From: Deinococcales bacterium
GTDB taxonomy: Bacteria > Deinococcota > Deinococci > Deinococcales > JAAFIG01
DNA length: 64,000 bases
Direction: 5' to 3'
Assembly: GCA_043775825.1 (NCBI GenBank)
Contig: JAYVRX010000108.1
Span: 1,764-65,763, forward strand
Below, one piece after another: positions 1 through 9,204 of the stretch. Both the position numbers and the translations under genes were made by a program. How positions within the stretch are numbered: the stretch's first letter is position 1; every line of letters begins with the position of its first letter. The notes under the pieces were generated by a model. It was not told the origin of the DNA, did not search any database, and saw nothing but the letters and a program-made list of their open reading frames with translations.

Positions 1-837
1 CGCGGCGAACGGATTGCGGTGCTCGGACGGAACGGCGCAGGCAAATCGACGCTCGTCAAAACCATGCTCGGTATGATGGCATCCGATAACGCACGTGGGT
101 CACAACGTTTAGGCTCGAGGATCAAAGTGGGTTATTACGACCAGCAATTGCGCGGCGTTGACCCGAACAACACGCTGTTCAAAGAGGTCAAAGAATATTT
201 TGAATCCGATCAGCAAGTCCACGACATTCTGGGCGCGTACACTTTTCCTTATGACGCGCAGTATAAACTCGTCTCGAATTTAAGCGGTGGTGAACGTGCC
301 AGGCTCGCGCTTTTAAAGCTGTCCTTAGAGAAGAACAATTTGCTGGTGCTCGACGAACCGACCAATCACCTCGATATGGAAATGCTCGAGAGTCTCGAGA
401 GAGCACTGCTTAAATTTGAAGGCACGCTGATTATGGTCTCGCACGACAGGCGCTTTATCGAAAACCTGGCAAATCAAATCTGGTTGCTCGAGGAGGGCGA
501 ATTTTACAGCTACCCTGGTGGAGCGCAGTATTTTAAGGAAAAACACAAATCTAAAGTGATTGAAACAAACGAAGAAAAAGTGCTTGCACCCATCAAAGCA
601 CAACCCAAACGCGTGAACGCTTGGAAGTTAAACGCAGAAATCAAAGAACTCGAGAAACGAATTTTCCAACTCGAGACTGAACAAAGCAATATCACCACAG
701 AACTTGGTAATCCAACCGCGCAAACAAATTTTGCCGTGCTGGGCAAACGCGCCGATGAAATCGATGCGGAACTGCTCGAGATTATGGCGAAATGGGAAGA
801 AAACTCGAGTTTGTTGGAAGCGGCGGGGAGTAAGTAA
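1..837 (+). CDS. ABC-F family ATP-binding protein (Uup/YdiF-like), 5'-truncated by window edge
   Basis: Open frame from base 1 (RGERIAVLGRNGAGKST). Walker A, LSGGERAR signature, LLVLDEPTNHLD Walker B, SHDR switch and C-terminal coiled coil. Confidence 0.9.
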   Translation, partial: RGERIAVLGRNGAGKSTLVKTMLGMMASDNARGSQRLGSRIKVGYYDQQLRGVDPNNTLFKEVKEYFESDQQVHDILGAYTFPYDAQYKLVSNLSGGERARLALLKLSLEKNNLLVLDEPTNHLDMEMLESLERALLKFEGTLIMVSHDRRFIENLANQIWLLEEGEFYSYPGGAQYFKEKHKSKVIETNEEKVLAPIKAQPKRVNAWKLNAEIKELEKRIFQLETEQSNITTELGNPTAQTNFAVLGKRADEIDAELLEIMAKWEENSSLLEAAGSK

Positions 838-1022
838 GCGCAGAAAGCTTTACTGATTCAAAATGTCGCGTCATGAGCCAACCCTGATTGCTTTTAAGGT
901 AATTCTTAAGTGATTGACGGTTTGTTTTTAGATTTTAGGATACAGTTCTCAGATTTTATCGCGATTTTGATGTAAAAAACTCAATTTTCACTTTTTTCAC
1001 TCGAGAATTGTGATTATGCAAT

Positions 1023-2726
1023 TTAACGCAGTTGTGGTTGTGTGTTTGTTACACCCCATTCTTGGAGTGAACCTAGTATAAAAGGGTCAGCTTGACTATA
1101 GTCAACGACATAACCTAAATCTTGCATTCCTCCAACAGTTATTTTACTTATATTTTTAGAACCATAACCACCCATAAGGTCATAATATAATCTGCTATTA
1201 CTCCAAGAGCCTGGGCATGAACCATTTGGTAATGTGGGTGGATAATTAGGAGGTAAATTAAAAAAATCATATTGAAATTTAATATTTCCAAGACCACCAA
1301 GGGATTGATACTGACTTACAGCATTACTACCAATATATTCCGACCTTGGATTGCATAGATTTCCAGCTTGAATTTCACTAATTAAATTTTTTTTAATCCA
1401 ATTTACACCAAAACCCAGCACTCGAGCGATATCTCGGGTAATTCTAAGAGTTGCTTCACTCGCAGCAATATCGGCATCACTGGGGTTTGGATTTTGTAAC
1501 AAAGGAAGAATATCTGAAAAATCACTAATGTCATATTGCATAACTCCAATAGCAGGTAAAAAACTATCGACTCGAGTTAAACATGGCTCTATGCGAGACC
1601 TAAAACCACCTAGACCATCACTTTGCTCCTCTGGAATAAGATCAATAAAAATTTTTATATCATCAATGCCCGAAAATTTTGATTGATAATCGATTTTGCA
1701 ATCACCATTCATAGGGTCAAAAATACCGTGCATGTCTGGAATATCGCCTGTGATAATTTTTTGCCAACGATTTACTGCCGCATAAAAATATGGTCGGTAT
1801 TCAAGAGGAACATCTCGGTCAAAAACCAGGTTGATGGTATAATTGGTAGTTTCTTCGGGAAGTGAAAGACGATAATTATCAGCTTTGACATAACTAACGG
1901 TGTAACCTAAATCTGCCATTGATGCAATTGTTAAGCGACTTAACGGATTAAGCTGATAAGGATTTGTACTAGGTGTCAGGATTTCATCTTCAAACATTCC
2001 TTCTGCCCAATGTCCGCAAGTTCCACGTTCTTTTGATGCCGTTAGTGGAACGTTTCCAGTGCCACCTAAAAGTTCGTACTCGTGTTTGGCATTAAGTCCA
2101 GTAAATTCGGGATTTTCGCCACAACGTGTACCATCGGGGGTTGCAAGTTTTAATCCTAGATATAAATCCCAGATTGTTCCAAAACCAAAGGCATGAGCCA
2201 TTTCATGAAGTGTCACATCGGCTAGAAGGTTAAGCTGTTGCGAAGGCGTTGAAACATTTGGAAGATCGGCAGGATCGAATTCTATTTTTGAAATAATCGG
2301 TAAGTTTCTATTGTTCCCTTGGAGTCGCCATTTACAAAGATTAGCGACTGCGGCAGTTTTGCCTGGTCCATCTGACAAATTTTGTTCCTGCTGGTTAGGG
2401 TCAACAATTGTTGGCATTAAACCCACGTATAAAACAACATCATCTACATCTGTGACTGGGGGTAAAACATATGGTGGTGGGATTTGTTCACTGGTAAAGT
2501 GGCAATCTGTTGAATCAGTAATACCTGGAGCATCAACAATGTCGCCAATGATGATCTGTTCCCAAAAAAGCGCTTTTGATTGAACGAATGCTTTGGCTTG
2601 TGTTGGAAAACCAGGTAAAAAACGCAGTTCAATATTAAAACCTGAGGGTGGAGTTGGTGGTGTTGGTGGACAAGCTACCAGCAATAACATTAATACCAGT
2701 AAAAGCATTTGATTTACAAGTTTCAT
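1023..2726 (-). CDS. Lipoprotein with tandem leishmanolysin(M8)-like metalloprotease domains; second domain degenerate
   Basis: Lipobox LLVAC. Domain 1 has HEMAHAFGFG...CGHW...EILT...DLGY; domain 2 has RDIARVLGFG...DLMG...DLGY. Confidence 0.8.
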   Translation of the reverse strand: MKLVNQMLLLVLMLLLVACPPTPPTPPSGFNIELRFLPGFPTQAKAFVQSKALFWEQIIIGDIVDAPGITDSTDCHFTSEQIPPPYVLPPVTDVDDVVLYVGLMPTIVDPNQQEQNLSDGPGKTAAVANLCKWRLQGNNRNLPIISKIEFDPADLPNVSTPSQQLNLLADVTLHEMAHAFGFGTIWDLYLGLKLATPDGTRCGENPEFTGLNAKHEYELLGGTGNVPLTASKERGTCGHWAEGMFEDEILTPSTNPYQLNPLSRLTIASMADLGYTVSYVKADNYRLSLPEETTNYTINLVFDRDVPLEYRPYFYAAVNRWQKIITGDIPDMHGIFDPMNGDCKIDYQSKFSGIDDIKIFIDLIPEEQSDGLGGFRSRIEPCLTRVDSFLPAIGVMQYDISDFSDILPLLQNPNPSDADIAASEATLRITRDIARVLGFGVNWIKKNLISEIQAGNLCNPRSEYIGSNAVSQYQSLGGLGNIKFQYDFFNLPPNYPPTLPNGSCPGSWSNSRLYYDLMGGYGSKNISKITVGGMQDLGYVVDYSQADPFILGSLQEWGVTNTQPQLR

Positions 2727-2774
2727 ATTTTTCCCTTAATACGTTCAGTGGTATCTCGAGTGTCAAACCAACAA

Positions 2775-2796
2775 TGTAAGGTGTTTTAAGATTTTA
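2775..2796. promoter_or_regulatory. Putative regulator box TGTAAG-N6-TAAGATTTTA upstream of protease paralog 1
   Basis: Same motif occurs at 4651..4672, at near-identical distance (49 vs 50 bp) from the paralog start codon. Confidence 0.55.
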
Positions 2797-2909
2797 CAAG
2801 TACGAGACTGATAAAGTTGAACAAGTTATAACTAAATTTAAAACTCGAGAAATTTTATTTAAAACAAATTTAAGTACCTTAAAACTCATGTTTCGATAGA
2901 AAATGAGAC

Positions 2910-4601
2910 CTAGGTGCAACCAAATGGAAAGCAAGGATCAGTTGGTAACTGTGGTTGTAAATTAATTGGGTCAGCAAGAGAATAGTCAACTGTATAACCT
3001 AAGTCTTGCATTGCCCCGAATGTTACCTTACTTAGTGCACCTGAAAACCATCCAAACTGTGGATTTGTAGAATACGTTCCACCACCTCCCATAAGTTCAC
3101 CCAAATACCTCTGTCGCTCCCATAATTCAGGGCATTTTTCAGGTGGTGTGTTGGGTATGTAAAATATTTGCTGTCGAAAAATAATATTGCCAAGACCGCC
3201 AAGCAATTGAGCTTCACGTACCGCATTGCTTCCTGTATATTCCACGTTGGAACTGCATAAACCATTGCCAGTATAGCCACTGATAAAACCTTTTTTTATC
3301 CAGTTTGTTCCAAAACCAAGTGCTCGAGCGATACTTCTAGTAAAATTAAGAGTGGTGGCATTTGAAGGAGATTCTGGACTGTTAGAGGCATAAATGTGAG
3401 GAAGATACTCATTGCTGTATTGAATGACTGCAATTTCAGGTAGAAAACTTCCAGCCCGAGTTTTACATGGTTCGGCACGGTATTTTAGACCATTTGGTCC
3501 TGCGCTTTGGGCGGCAGGAATAATTCCAACATAAATAATAATGTCATCGACACCAGAAAACGGCGCTTCATCGGGAATATTGCAATCACCTGAGGCTGGT
3601 TTGAAAACACTATTCGAGTTTGGAATATCGGCGGTAATAATATTTTGCCAACGTGCTGCTGCTGCTTCAAAATGCGGTTTTAATTCATTTGGAAAGTCGT
3701 TAGAATAAAACCATTCAATGTCAAATCCTGTGTTAACGTCAGCAATAGGCAGTGAATAATTATCGGCAATACTGTAATCGACGGTGTAACCTAAATCTTG
3801 CATGGATGCGATTGTTAATCTGCTGACTGGATTATTTTGTCCTGGAATTGGTGGAGTTGCAGCTGGATTTGGAGCTGGGGTCATCATTTCTCGGTCAAAT
3901 AATTTTTCTGACCAGTGTCCACAAGTTCCATTTTCACTGCTTGCTTTAAGTGGAACGTTTCCTGTTCCTCCTAAAGTTGCATATTCGCGTTTGGCGTTGA
4001 ATCCCGTAAATTCGGGGTTGCTGCCACAAGGTGTGCTATCTGGGGTTTTAATGTAGAGACCTGGAAATTGATCCCAAACAGTTCCAAAGCCAAGCGCGTG
4101 ACCAACTTCGTGAATGGTAGCGTCTTTTAATAATTCGGGTTTATTTGTTGAATAATCGTCAAAGTAAGCTTTATTAAAAAATAATGTTGACATGAACGGT
4201 AAATTCTGATCTAAAGTTCCCAGACTTCGTACTAAACAAGGACCAGCATTGGCAATAATGCCATCTGTGGCATTTATGTCTTTGTTCATGCCTACATAAA
4301 GAATTAAATCATCTATATGTGGTCGGGTTTGAAGTGGATATGCTACTGCAACTTGTTCTGAGGTAAAGTTACAAATTGCTGGATCGGCTGGGTTGGTTGT
4401 GTTGTTAAAATCTGCGATGTCTGCAACAATAATTTTTTCCCAGTATTGTACAACTTGTTCCATAAATGGTTTAAATTGAGTTGGGAAATTATCGAGATAA
4501 ATAATTTCGATGTTGAATTGCGAATTAACAGGTGGTGTTTGTGGGCATGAAACAAGTGCTGCTAATAAAAGCAATAGAAACCCTCGAGCTACATTTTTCA
4601 C
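2910..4601 (-). CDS. Paralogous lipoprotein with tandem M8-like domains; second domain degenerate
   Basis: Lipobox LVSC. Domain 1 has HEVGHALGFG...CGHW...EMMT; domain 2 has RSIARALGFG...ELMG. Colinear with 1023..2726. Confidence 0.8.
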   Translation of the reverse strand: MKNVARGFLLLLLAALVSCPQTPPVNSQFNIEIIYLDNFPTQFKPFMEQVVQYWEKIIVADIADFNNTTNPADPAICNFTSEQVAVAYPLQTRPHIDDLILYVGMNKDINATDGIIANAGPCLVRSLGTLDQNLPFMSTLFFNKAYFDDYSTNKPELLKDATIHEVGHALGFGTVWDQFPGLYIKTPDSTPCGSNPEFTGFNAKREYATLGGTGNVPLKASSENGTCGHWSEKLFDREMMTPAPNPAATPPIPGQNNPVSRLTIASMQDLGYTVDYSIADNYSLPIADVNTGFDIEWFYSNDFPNELKPHFEAAAARWQNIITADIPNSNSVFKPASGDCNIPDEAPFSGVDDIIIYVGIIPAAQSAGPNGLKYRAEPCKTRAGSFLPEIAVIQYSNEYLPHIYASNSPESPSNATTLNFTRSIARALGFGTNWIKKGFISGYTGNGLCSSNVEYTGSNAVREAQLLGGLGNIIFRQQIFYIPNTPPEKCPELWERQRYLGELMGGGGTYSTNPQFGWFSGALSKVTFGAMQDLGYTVDYSLADPINLQPQLPTDPCFPFGCT

Positions 4602-4650
4602 ATATTCTCTTTAAAGATTTCTAATCTTATCTTTAGTCTTAAACTAAGAT

Positions 4651-4672
4651 TGTAAGTTAGCCTAAGATTTTA
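4651..4672. promoter_or_regulatory. Putative regulator box TGTAAG-N6-TAAGATTTTA upstream of protease paralog 2
   Basis: All 16 fixed positions identical to 2775..2796. Confidence 0.55.
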
Positions 4673-4783
4673 GTCGGAAAAAGTGTGGCAAAACCGAACA
4701 CGTTACAGCCAAATTTGAAGCTCGAGAATATGTTTAAGTGCTTGATTCACCACATTCTCGAGCAAAACTTTAACCCTAATTTA

Positions 4784-5119
4784 TTATTGGTCAAAACGAT
4801 TTTCAATTGGCAGGGTTTCACCATCATTCAAAGCTCGAGCCAGATTCAAAATCTTTGGAAAATCCAACCCGTAATACCAGGCTTCCTCGAGATTCCCAGA
4901 CTCGAGACTGTGGTAACAGGTGGCGTTTGGACCAAATTGGCACGCGCCCAAACAACCCGTTTCGGTCAATCGAACATGACCGCCAGAGTAATAAGCCAGT
5001 CGCTCACGCTCGAGGGTATTCCAGAGCGTTTGAAACAGACTTCTCGAGCCTTTGGCAGCGCATTTTTCGGAGGTGCAAACTAGCAGATGGGCGCGGGTTT
5101 TGAAAAAATTGGGTTTCAT
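4784..5119 (-). CDS. Thioredoxin-like (2Fe-2S) ferredoxin
   Basis: VCTSEKC...GCLGACQFGP Cys pattern; overlaps pabB stop by 4 nt. Confidence 0.8.
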   Translation of the reverse strand: MKPNFFKTRAHLLVCTSEKCAAKGSRSLFQTLWNTLERERLAYYSGGHVRLTETGCLGACQFGPNATCYHSLESGNLEEAWYYGLDFPKILNLARALNDGETLPIENRFDQ

Positions 5120-6516
5120 GAATTTTCCTTTTCAATAACGGTTCGTAATGCTAGCGTTTTGGCGTAAGTTTCCTCGAGTTCGGCTGTCGGGTTTGAATCT
5201 GCCACAATCGCGCCGCCAGCCTGAATTTGAATGCGATTCTTGGCAATAATGGCGCTGCGAATCACCACCGACAAATCAAAATCGCTGTTCAAATCAAAAT
5301 AACCGATTACACCCGAATAAACGCCGCGCCTGATTGGCTCGAGTTCTTCAATAATTTGCATGGCACGAACTTTGGGCGCTCCGGTCATCGAACCTGGCGG
5401 GAAGGTTGCACGGAGCACATCGACACTCGAGAATTCTGGTTTGAGTTCGGCGGTGATCGTGCTGACCATTTGCCATACCGCCCCATGAGGTTCGAGGTTG
5501 AACAATTCTGAAGCTCGAACAGACCCGAACTTGGCAACCCGCCCAAGATCATTGCGCATCAAATCGACAATCATTAGGTTCTCTGCACGGTCTTTTTCAC
5601 TTTGCTCGAGTTTAGATTTATTGGCTTGATCTTCTGCGGCTGTTTGCCCTCTAGTACGCGTGCCTTTGATTGGACGCGCCTCGAGAAAGCGTCTGGATTT
5701 TTTAAGGAATCGTTCTGGCGAGGCACTCACCACAGACAAGTCATCACCTGACAAAAACGCCGCGAAAGGCGCAGGATTTATCTGCATCAACGACTCGTAA
5801 AGCGCAAACGCATCGCCACAAAAATCTGCCTCGAGACGGTGGGTCAAATTGACTTGAAAAATATCGCCCGCTTGAATGTACTCGAGGCAGCGTTCAACAT
5901 CCTCGAGATACGTTTCTGGTTTTGTGATTGCTTCAAGTTTTGCTGTTTTAAACGAGGTTTTTGGTGACGTTCCGTTTTTGGCAAGCTCAAGAAGCTCAGT
6001 CCAAATTGGTTCACGGTTTGGGAAACCCTCGAGATTTGTTGTGCTCGAGTACCAAATTTGATTTTCGTGATCGAAAGCCAGAACAAAATCCATCAGATGA
6101 AGTCGTAAATCGGGTTGGTTGTCCTGCGAAGGGTGAACACAAGGTTCACCCCTACGAAAACCGTTGTAATTAATATTCTCGAGATACCGCACCAGGTCGT
6201 AACCCAAAAACCCGAGCCAACCACCAGCAAAATTCATGCCTTCGGGTCGTGATTGAGGCTCGAGTTTAAAACGGTTGAAAACTGTTTCGAGTGCTTCAAA
6301 CGGATTTTTCCAAGTCTCAAGAATTTTTCTATTCTCGAGCAACACGGTTTGGTTTTCGTGGGTTTCGAGCGTCAGTATTGGATCGCAGGCGATGTATGAC
6401 CAAGTGCTTAAACCTGGCATCAAACTGGCGCTCTCGAGCAGGCTAGCACCGACACGATGTTGGACACGGGCGAAGATTTCCCGAGGTTGACCATAAAGTT
6501 CGAGTTTAGAAATCAA
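5116..6516 (-). CDS. pabB: Aminodeoxychorismate synthase component I (chorismate-binding enzyme)
   Basis: GDIFQVNL, SASPERFL, PIKGT (PabB-type lysine), AENLMIVDLMRNDL, FPPGSMTGAPKVRAM. ORF track starts at 6540; TTG at 6516 is preferred because it lies 7 nt after a TAACGT -10 box and avoids overlapping the divergent gene. Confidence 0.85.
   Translation of the reverse strand: MISKLELYGQPREIFARVQHRVGASLLESASLMPGLSTWSYIACDPILTLETHENQTVLLENRKILETWKNPFEALETVFNRFKLEPQSRPEGMNFAGGWLGFLGYDLVRYLENINYNGFRRGEPCVHPSQDNQPDLRLHLMDFVLAFDHENQIWYSSTTNLEGFPNREPIWTELLELAKNGTSPKTSFKTAKLEAITKPETYLEDVERCLEYIQAGDIFQVNLTHRLEADFCGDAFALYESLMQINPAPFAAFLSGDDLSVVSASPERFLKKSRRFLEARPIKGTRTRGQTAAEDQANKSKLEQSEKDRAENLMIVDLMRNDLGRVAKFGSVRASELFNLEPHGAVWQMVSTITAELKPEFSSVDVLRATFPPGSMTGAPKVRAMQIIEELEPIRRGVYSGVIGYFDLNSDFDLSVVIRSAIIAKNRIQIQAGGAIVADSNPTAELEETYAKTLALRTVIEKENS
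6130..6156 (-). repeat. GTAG-type REP-like palindrome inside pabB coding sequence
   Basis: Minus strand CGTAG-GGGTGAAC-CTTGT-GTTCACCC-T: GTAG followed by an 8-bp perfect stem; translated in frame as RRGEPCVHP. Confidence 0.65.
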
Positions 6517-6538
6517 GTTAGACACGTTAAACTGCCCC
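6517..6538. promoter_or_regulatory. Overlapping divergent -10 boxes (bidirectional leaderless promoter)
   Basis: + strand TAAACT 6528..6533 lies 5 nt before ATG 6539; - strand TAACGT 6529..6524 lies 7 nt before TTG 6516. Confidence 0.5.
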
Positions 6539-7054
6539 ATGCTCGAGCGTGATTATTTTCCAAAAAAAGCTGGAAACCTGCTGAAATTGTTGTTGGCTCA
6601 AGACGGTTCAACCACCAAACTTTGCGAAGCAATCTCGGATTCTCGAGTTAGCTTAATGCTTCACTCGCAAGTCCGCGTTGAAACTGTACCAGAAGTGGTG
6701 ATGGACAAATTGGGTGGAACATCCTGGTTACAGCGCATCACAAGTTTGCATTCGGAATCTCGAGTGCTCATGGATAATCTGACGTTCACCCGACTTGACC
6801 GCGTTCCAAATTGGTTTGTAGCTGATCTCGAGCACGGTCTTGCCCCCGTGGGTTACTTGCTCGAGAAGCTTTTTGTGCGCCGTGAACGTATTAAATCAAC
6901 GTTTGATCTCGAGCAGGTTTTGTTTGAAACTGTGAGATTCCCAGATTCAGGCTCGAGCCGTGCCTACACGATCAACACCGAAGATGGTGCGGTCATGCTG
7001 GTCTTTGAAACCTACCGTGCAGGCTTTGCCAGGGTCTTCGAGGCTAATCGCTAA
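6539..7054 (+). CDS. Chorismate pyruvate-lyase-like (UbiC/DUF98) protein
   Basis: LLLAQDGSTTKL, R-x-x-x-L, PVGYLL, SRAYTI and VFETY match the chorismate lyase fold pattern; adjacent to pabB. Confidence 0.65.
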   Translation: MLERDYFPKKAGNLLKLLLAQDGSTTKLCEAISDSRVSLMLHSQVRVETVPEVVMDKLGGTSWLQRITSLHSESRVLMDNLTFTRLDRVPNWFVADLEHGLAPVGYLLEKLFVRRERIKSTFDLEQVLFETVRFPDSGSSRAYTINTEDGAVMLVFETYRAGFARVFEANR

Positions 7055-7064
7055 TTACTATTTG

Positions 7065-7940
7065 CTATTTGCTCAACTCAGGATGTAGCGCCACTGCCAA
7101 AGCCTTCAACGCCACGGGCAAGCGCGGTCCAGGACGAGATATCGCATCGTTGATTTCACCAGAGAAGTTGATCACGCGTTTGTTTTTAACGGCTTTGATC
7201 TTGTCCCAGGCTGGTCTGGTTAAAAGGTCTGCCAAGTCAGCACCCAAAATCACTTCAGGATCGCTCGAGATCACCAATTCTGGACTGATTTGCGGAAACG
7301 CCCCAAGTTTGGCTGGCACAATATTATTTCCACCCGCTTTGTCAATCATTGCGCCAATAAAACTTGAGCTTCCAGCAGCGTAAGGAGTTGGGTCAACTTC
7401 AAAGTACACGCTGACCCGAGGCAGTTTGGCGACGCTGGCTTGAATCGCGCTCAATTCGCTTCGTATGTTGGTAATGAGCTTAAGAGCATTTTTTTCGCGG
7501 TTGGTGATTTTGCCAATGACATTGATTTTCTCGAACACATCGTTATAGCTTTGTGCCACACCCGCATAAACCGTGATGCCCAGTTTCTCGAGGTTTTGCA
7601 CCAGTTTTGAGCCACTGCTTTCGTCGGTCAGCACCAAATCGGGTTTTAAAGCCGTGATTGCTTCAAGGTTTGGTACAAAACCATTGCCGGTTTTGGGTAG
7701 TTTGTCGGTCTCGAGTTTTGGGAAATTGCTGTACTCGTCAATGCCAATCAGGCTGTTCCCAGCACCGAGGGCAAACAAAGTTTCGGTGTGGCTCGGCATC
7801 ATCGAAACAATCCGTTTTGGTTGCACCATCAATTTGACGCTTCGTCCAAGATCGTCTTTCAAAACCAAAGGGTAAGAGGTCGCACCAACAAAACTCGAGA
7901 TTCCAAATGCCATTAATCCTGCCAGAATTATTTTTTTCAT
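7065..7940 (-). CDS. btuF: Cobalamin ABC transporter substrate-binding protein
   Basis: Signal peptide, PKRIVSMMPSHTETLFALG, KPDLV, SRPGPR; downstream of a cobalamin riboswitch operon. Confidence 0.8.
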   Translation of the reverse strand: MKKIILAGLMAFGISSFVGATSYPLVLKDDLGRSVKLMVQPKRIVSMMPSHTETLFALGAGNSLIGIDEYSNFPKLETDKLPKTGNGFVPNLEAITALKPDLVLTDESSGSKLVQNLEKLGITVYAGVAQSYNDVFEKINVIGKITNREKNALKLITNIRSELSAIQASVAKLPRVSVYFEVDPTPYAAGSSSFIGAMIDKAGGNNIVPAKLGAFPQISPELVISSDPEVILGADLADLLTRPAWDKIKAVKNKRVINFSGEINDAISRPGPRLPVALKALAVALHPELSK

Positions 7941-8044
7941 GCTTTCCTTTTTGAGACTCTTGGGTGTCTGAGTGATTTTTGAAAATGAACGAACGATATT
8001 TATTTCCTCATGTCAATCAAGTTTTTGGCGTTTAACCTCGAGCC

Positions 8045-8455
8045 ATGAAAACCCAATTTTTGATTGCTGCCGTGTTCATGACCAGTTTCATCGCCCAAGC
8101 GCAAATCGGTTTTGCGCCCACCGCCAGCCTGAACAAGCCTTTTATCCTGGCTTTGGGTACGCAAATATCCTTGAAGCCAAGCGGCGCAAAGCTGCTGTTT
8201 TTGCAAGTCACGAACGACTCGAGGTGTCCGATCAATGCCAAGTGCATCACGGCGGGCGATGCCCAAATGCAATTTTTGTACTGGTCGCCCAAAGCCACCA
8301 AATCCAAGATCATCAGCTTGCAAATGGTTGCGCCCAAAAACAAATTGCAACTCGACGGCACAATTTTGAAAGTCAGCGATCTTCAACCAGGTCGCACGGC
8401 TGGTAAAACCTTTGATATCAGCAAATATAAAGCCACATTGACTTTTATTAAGTGA
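8045..8455 (+). CDS. Hypothetical secreted protein (DSRCP-x4-C motif), antisense within btu cluster
   Basis: Signal peptide ending AQA; NDSRCPINAKCITAGDA motif; fills the btuD-btuF gap exactly. Confidence 0.65.
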   Translation: MKTQFLIAAVFMTSFIAQAQIGFAPTASLNKPFILALGTQISLKPSGAKLLFLQVTNDSRCPINAKCITAGDAQMQFLYWSPKATKSKIISLQMVAPKNKLQLDGTILKVSDLQPGRTAGKTFDISKYKATLTFIK

Positions 8456-8457
8456 GA

Positions 8458-9204
8458 TCATAAGCGCGGAATCACTACCACGCGACCATCACTGGATCGC
8501 AGCGTCTCGAGTTTGGTTTGGTAAACATCCTCGAGAATTTCGGGTTGCAAGACTTGCTCGGGCGTGCCCTCGGCAATCACAATGCCGCCCGAGATCAGCA
8601 CGCAACGGCTGGCGAGGGCAGCAAGGTTGAGGTCATGCACGACCATCACTACGGTTTGTAAAATGCTGCCCACGGCGTTGCGCAACAAGACCATCAATTC
8701 GGCTTGGTGTGCCAGATCAAGGTGGTTGGTAGGTTCGTCGAGCAGCAATACTTTGGGGTCTTGCGCCAGCGCCCTCGCCAGTGCCACCCGTTGACGTTCG
8801 CCGCCAGAAAGCGCCGCGATCTGGCGGTTCGAGAACGCCAGTGCGTCTGTGCTGCGCAGCGCACATTCAACCGCGCCCAGGTCGGCTTTGGTGATCCGTC
8901 CCCAAAACCCTTGAAACGGAATGCGCCCCAATTTGACCACCTCGAGTGCCGTAAACTCGAGCGGCAACGGTTCGGATTGCGCCAAATACGCGATGTGTCG
9001 GCTTTTTGGTTCTGGCGTTTGAATGCTGCCAAATTGAGGCTTTAAAAGTCCTGCAAGCAGTTTCAAGAGCGTGGTTTTGCCCGCACCATTGGGTCCAATC
9101 AGTGCCACAAATTCTCCAGCCTCAAACTCGAGGTTAAGCTTCTCGAGTACGGTGTTTTGACCGTAAGCAAAACCAAGATTTTTGACGGAAATTATTTTGG
9201 TCAC
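8458..9204 (-). CDS. btuD: Cobalamin/Fe-siderophore ABC transporter ATP-binding protein
   Basis: GPNGAGKTT, LSGGERQRV, LLLDEPTNHLD, VHDLN. Confidence 0.8.
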   Translation of the reverse strand: MTKIISVKNLGFAYGQNTVLEKLNLEFEAGEFVALIGPNGAGKTTLLKLLAGLLKPQFGSIQTPEPKSRHIAYLAQSEPLPLEFTALEVVKLGRIPFQGFWGRITKADLGAVECALRSTDALAFSNRQIAALSGGERQRVALARALAQDPKVLLLDEPTNHLDLAHQAELMVLLRNAVGSILQTVVMVVHDLNLAALASRCVLISGGIVIAEGTPEQVLQPEILEDVYQTKLETLRSSDGRVVVIPRL

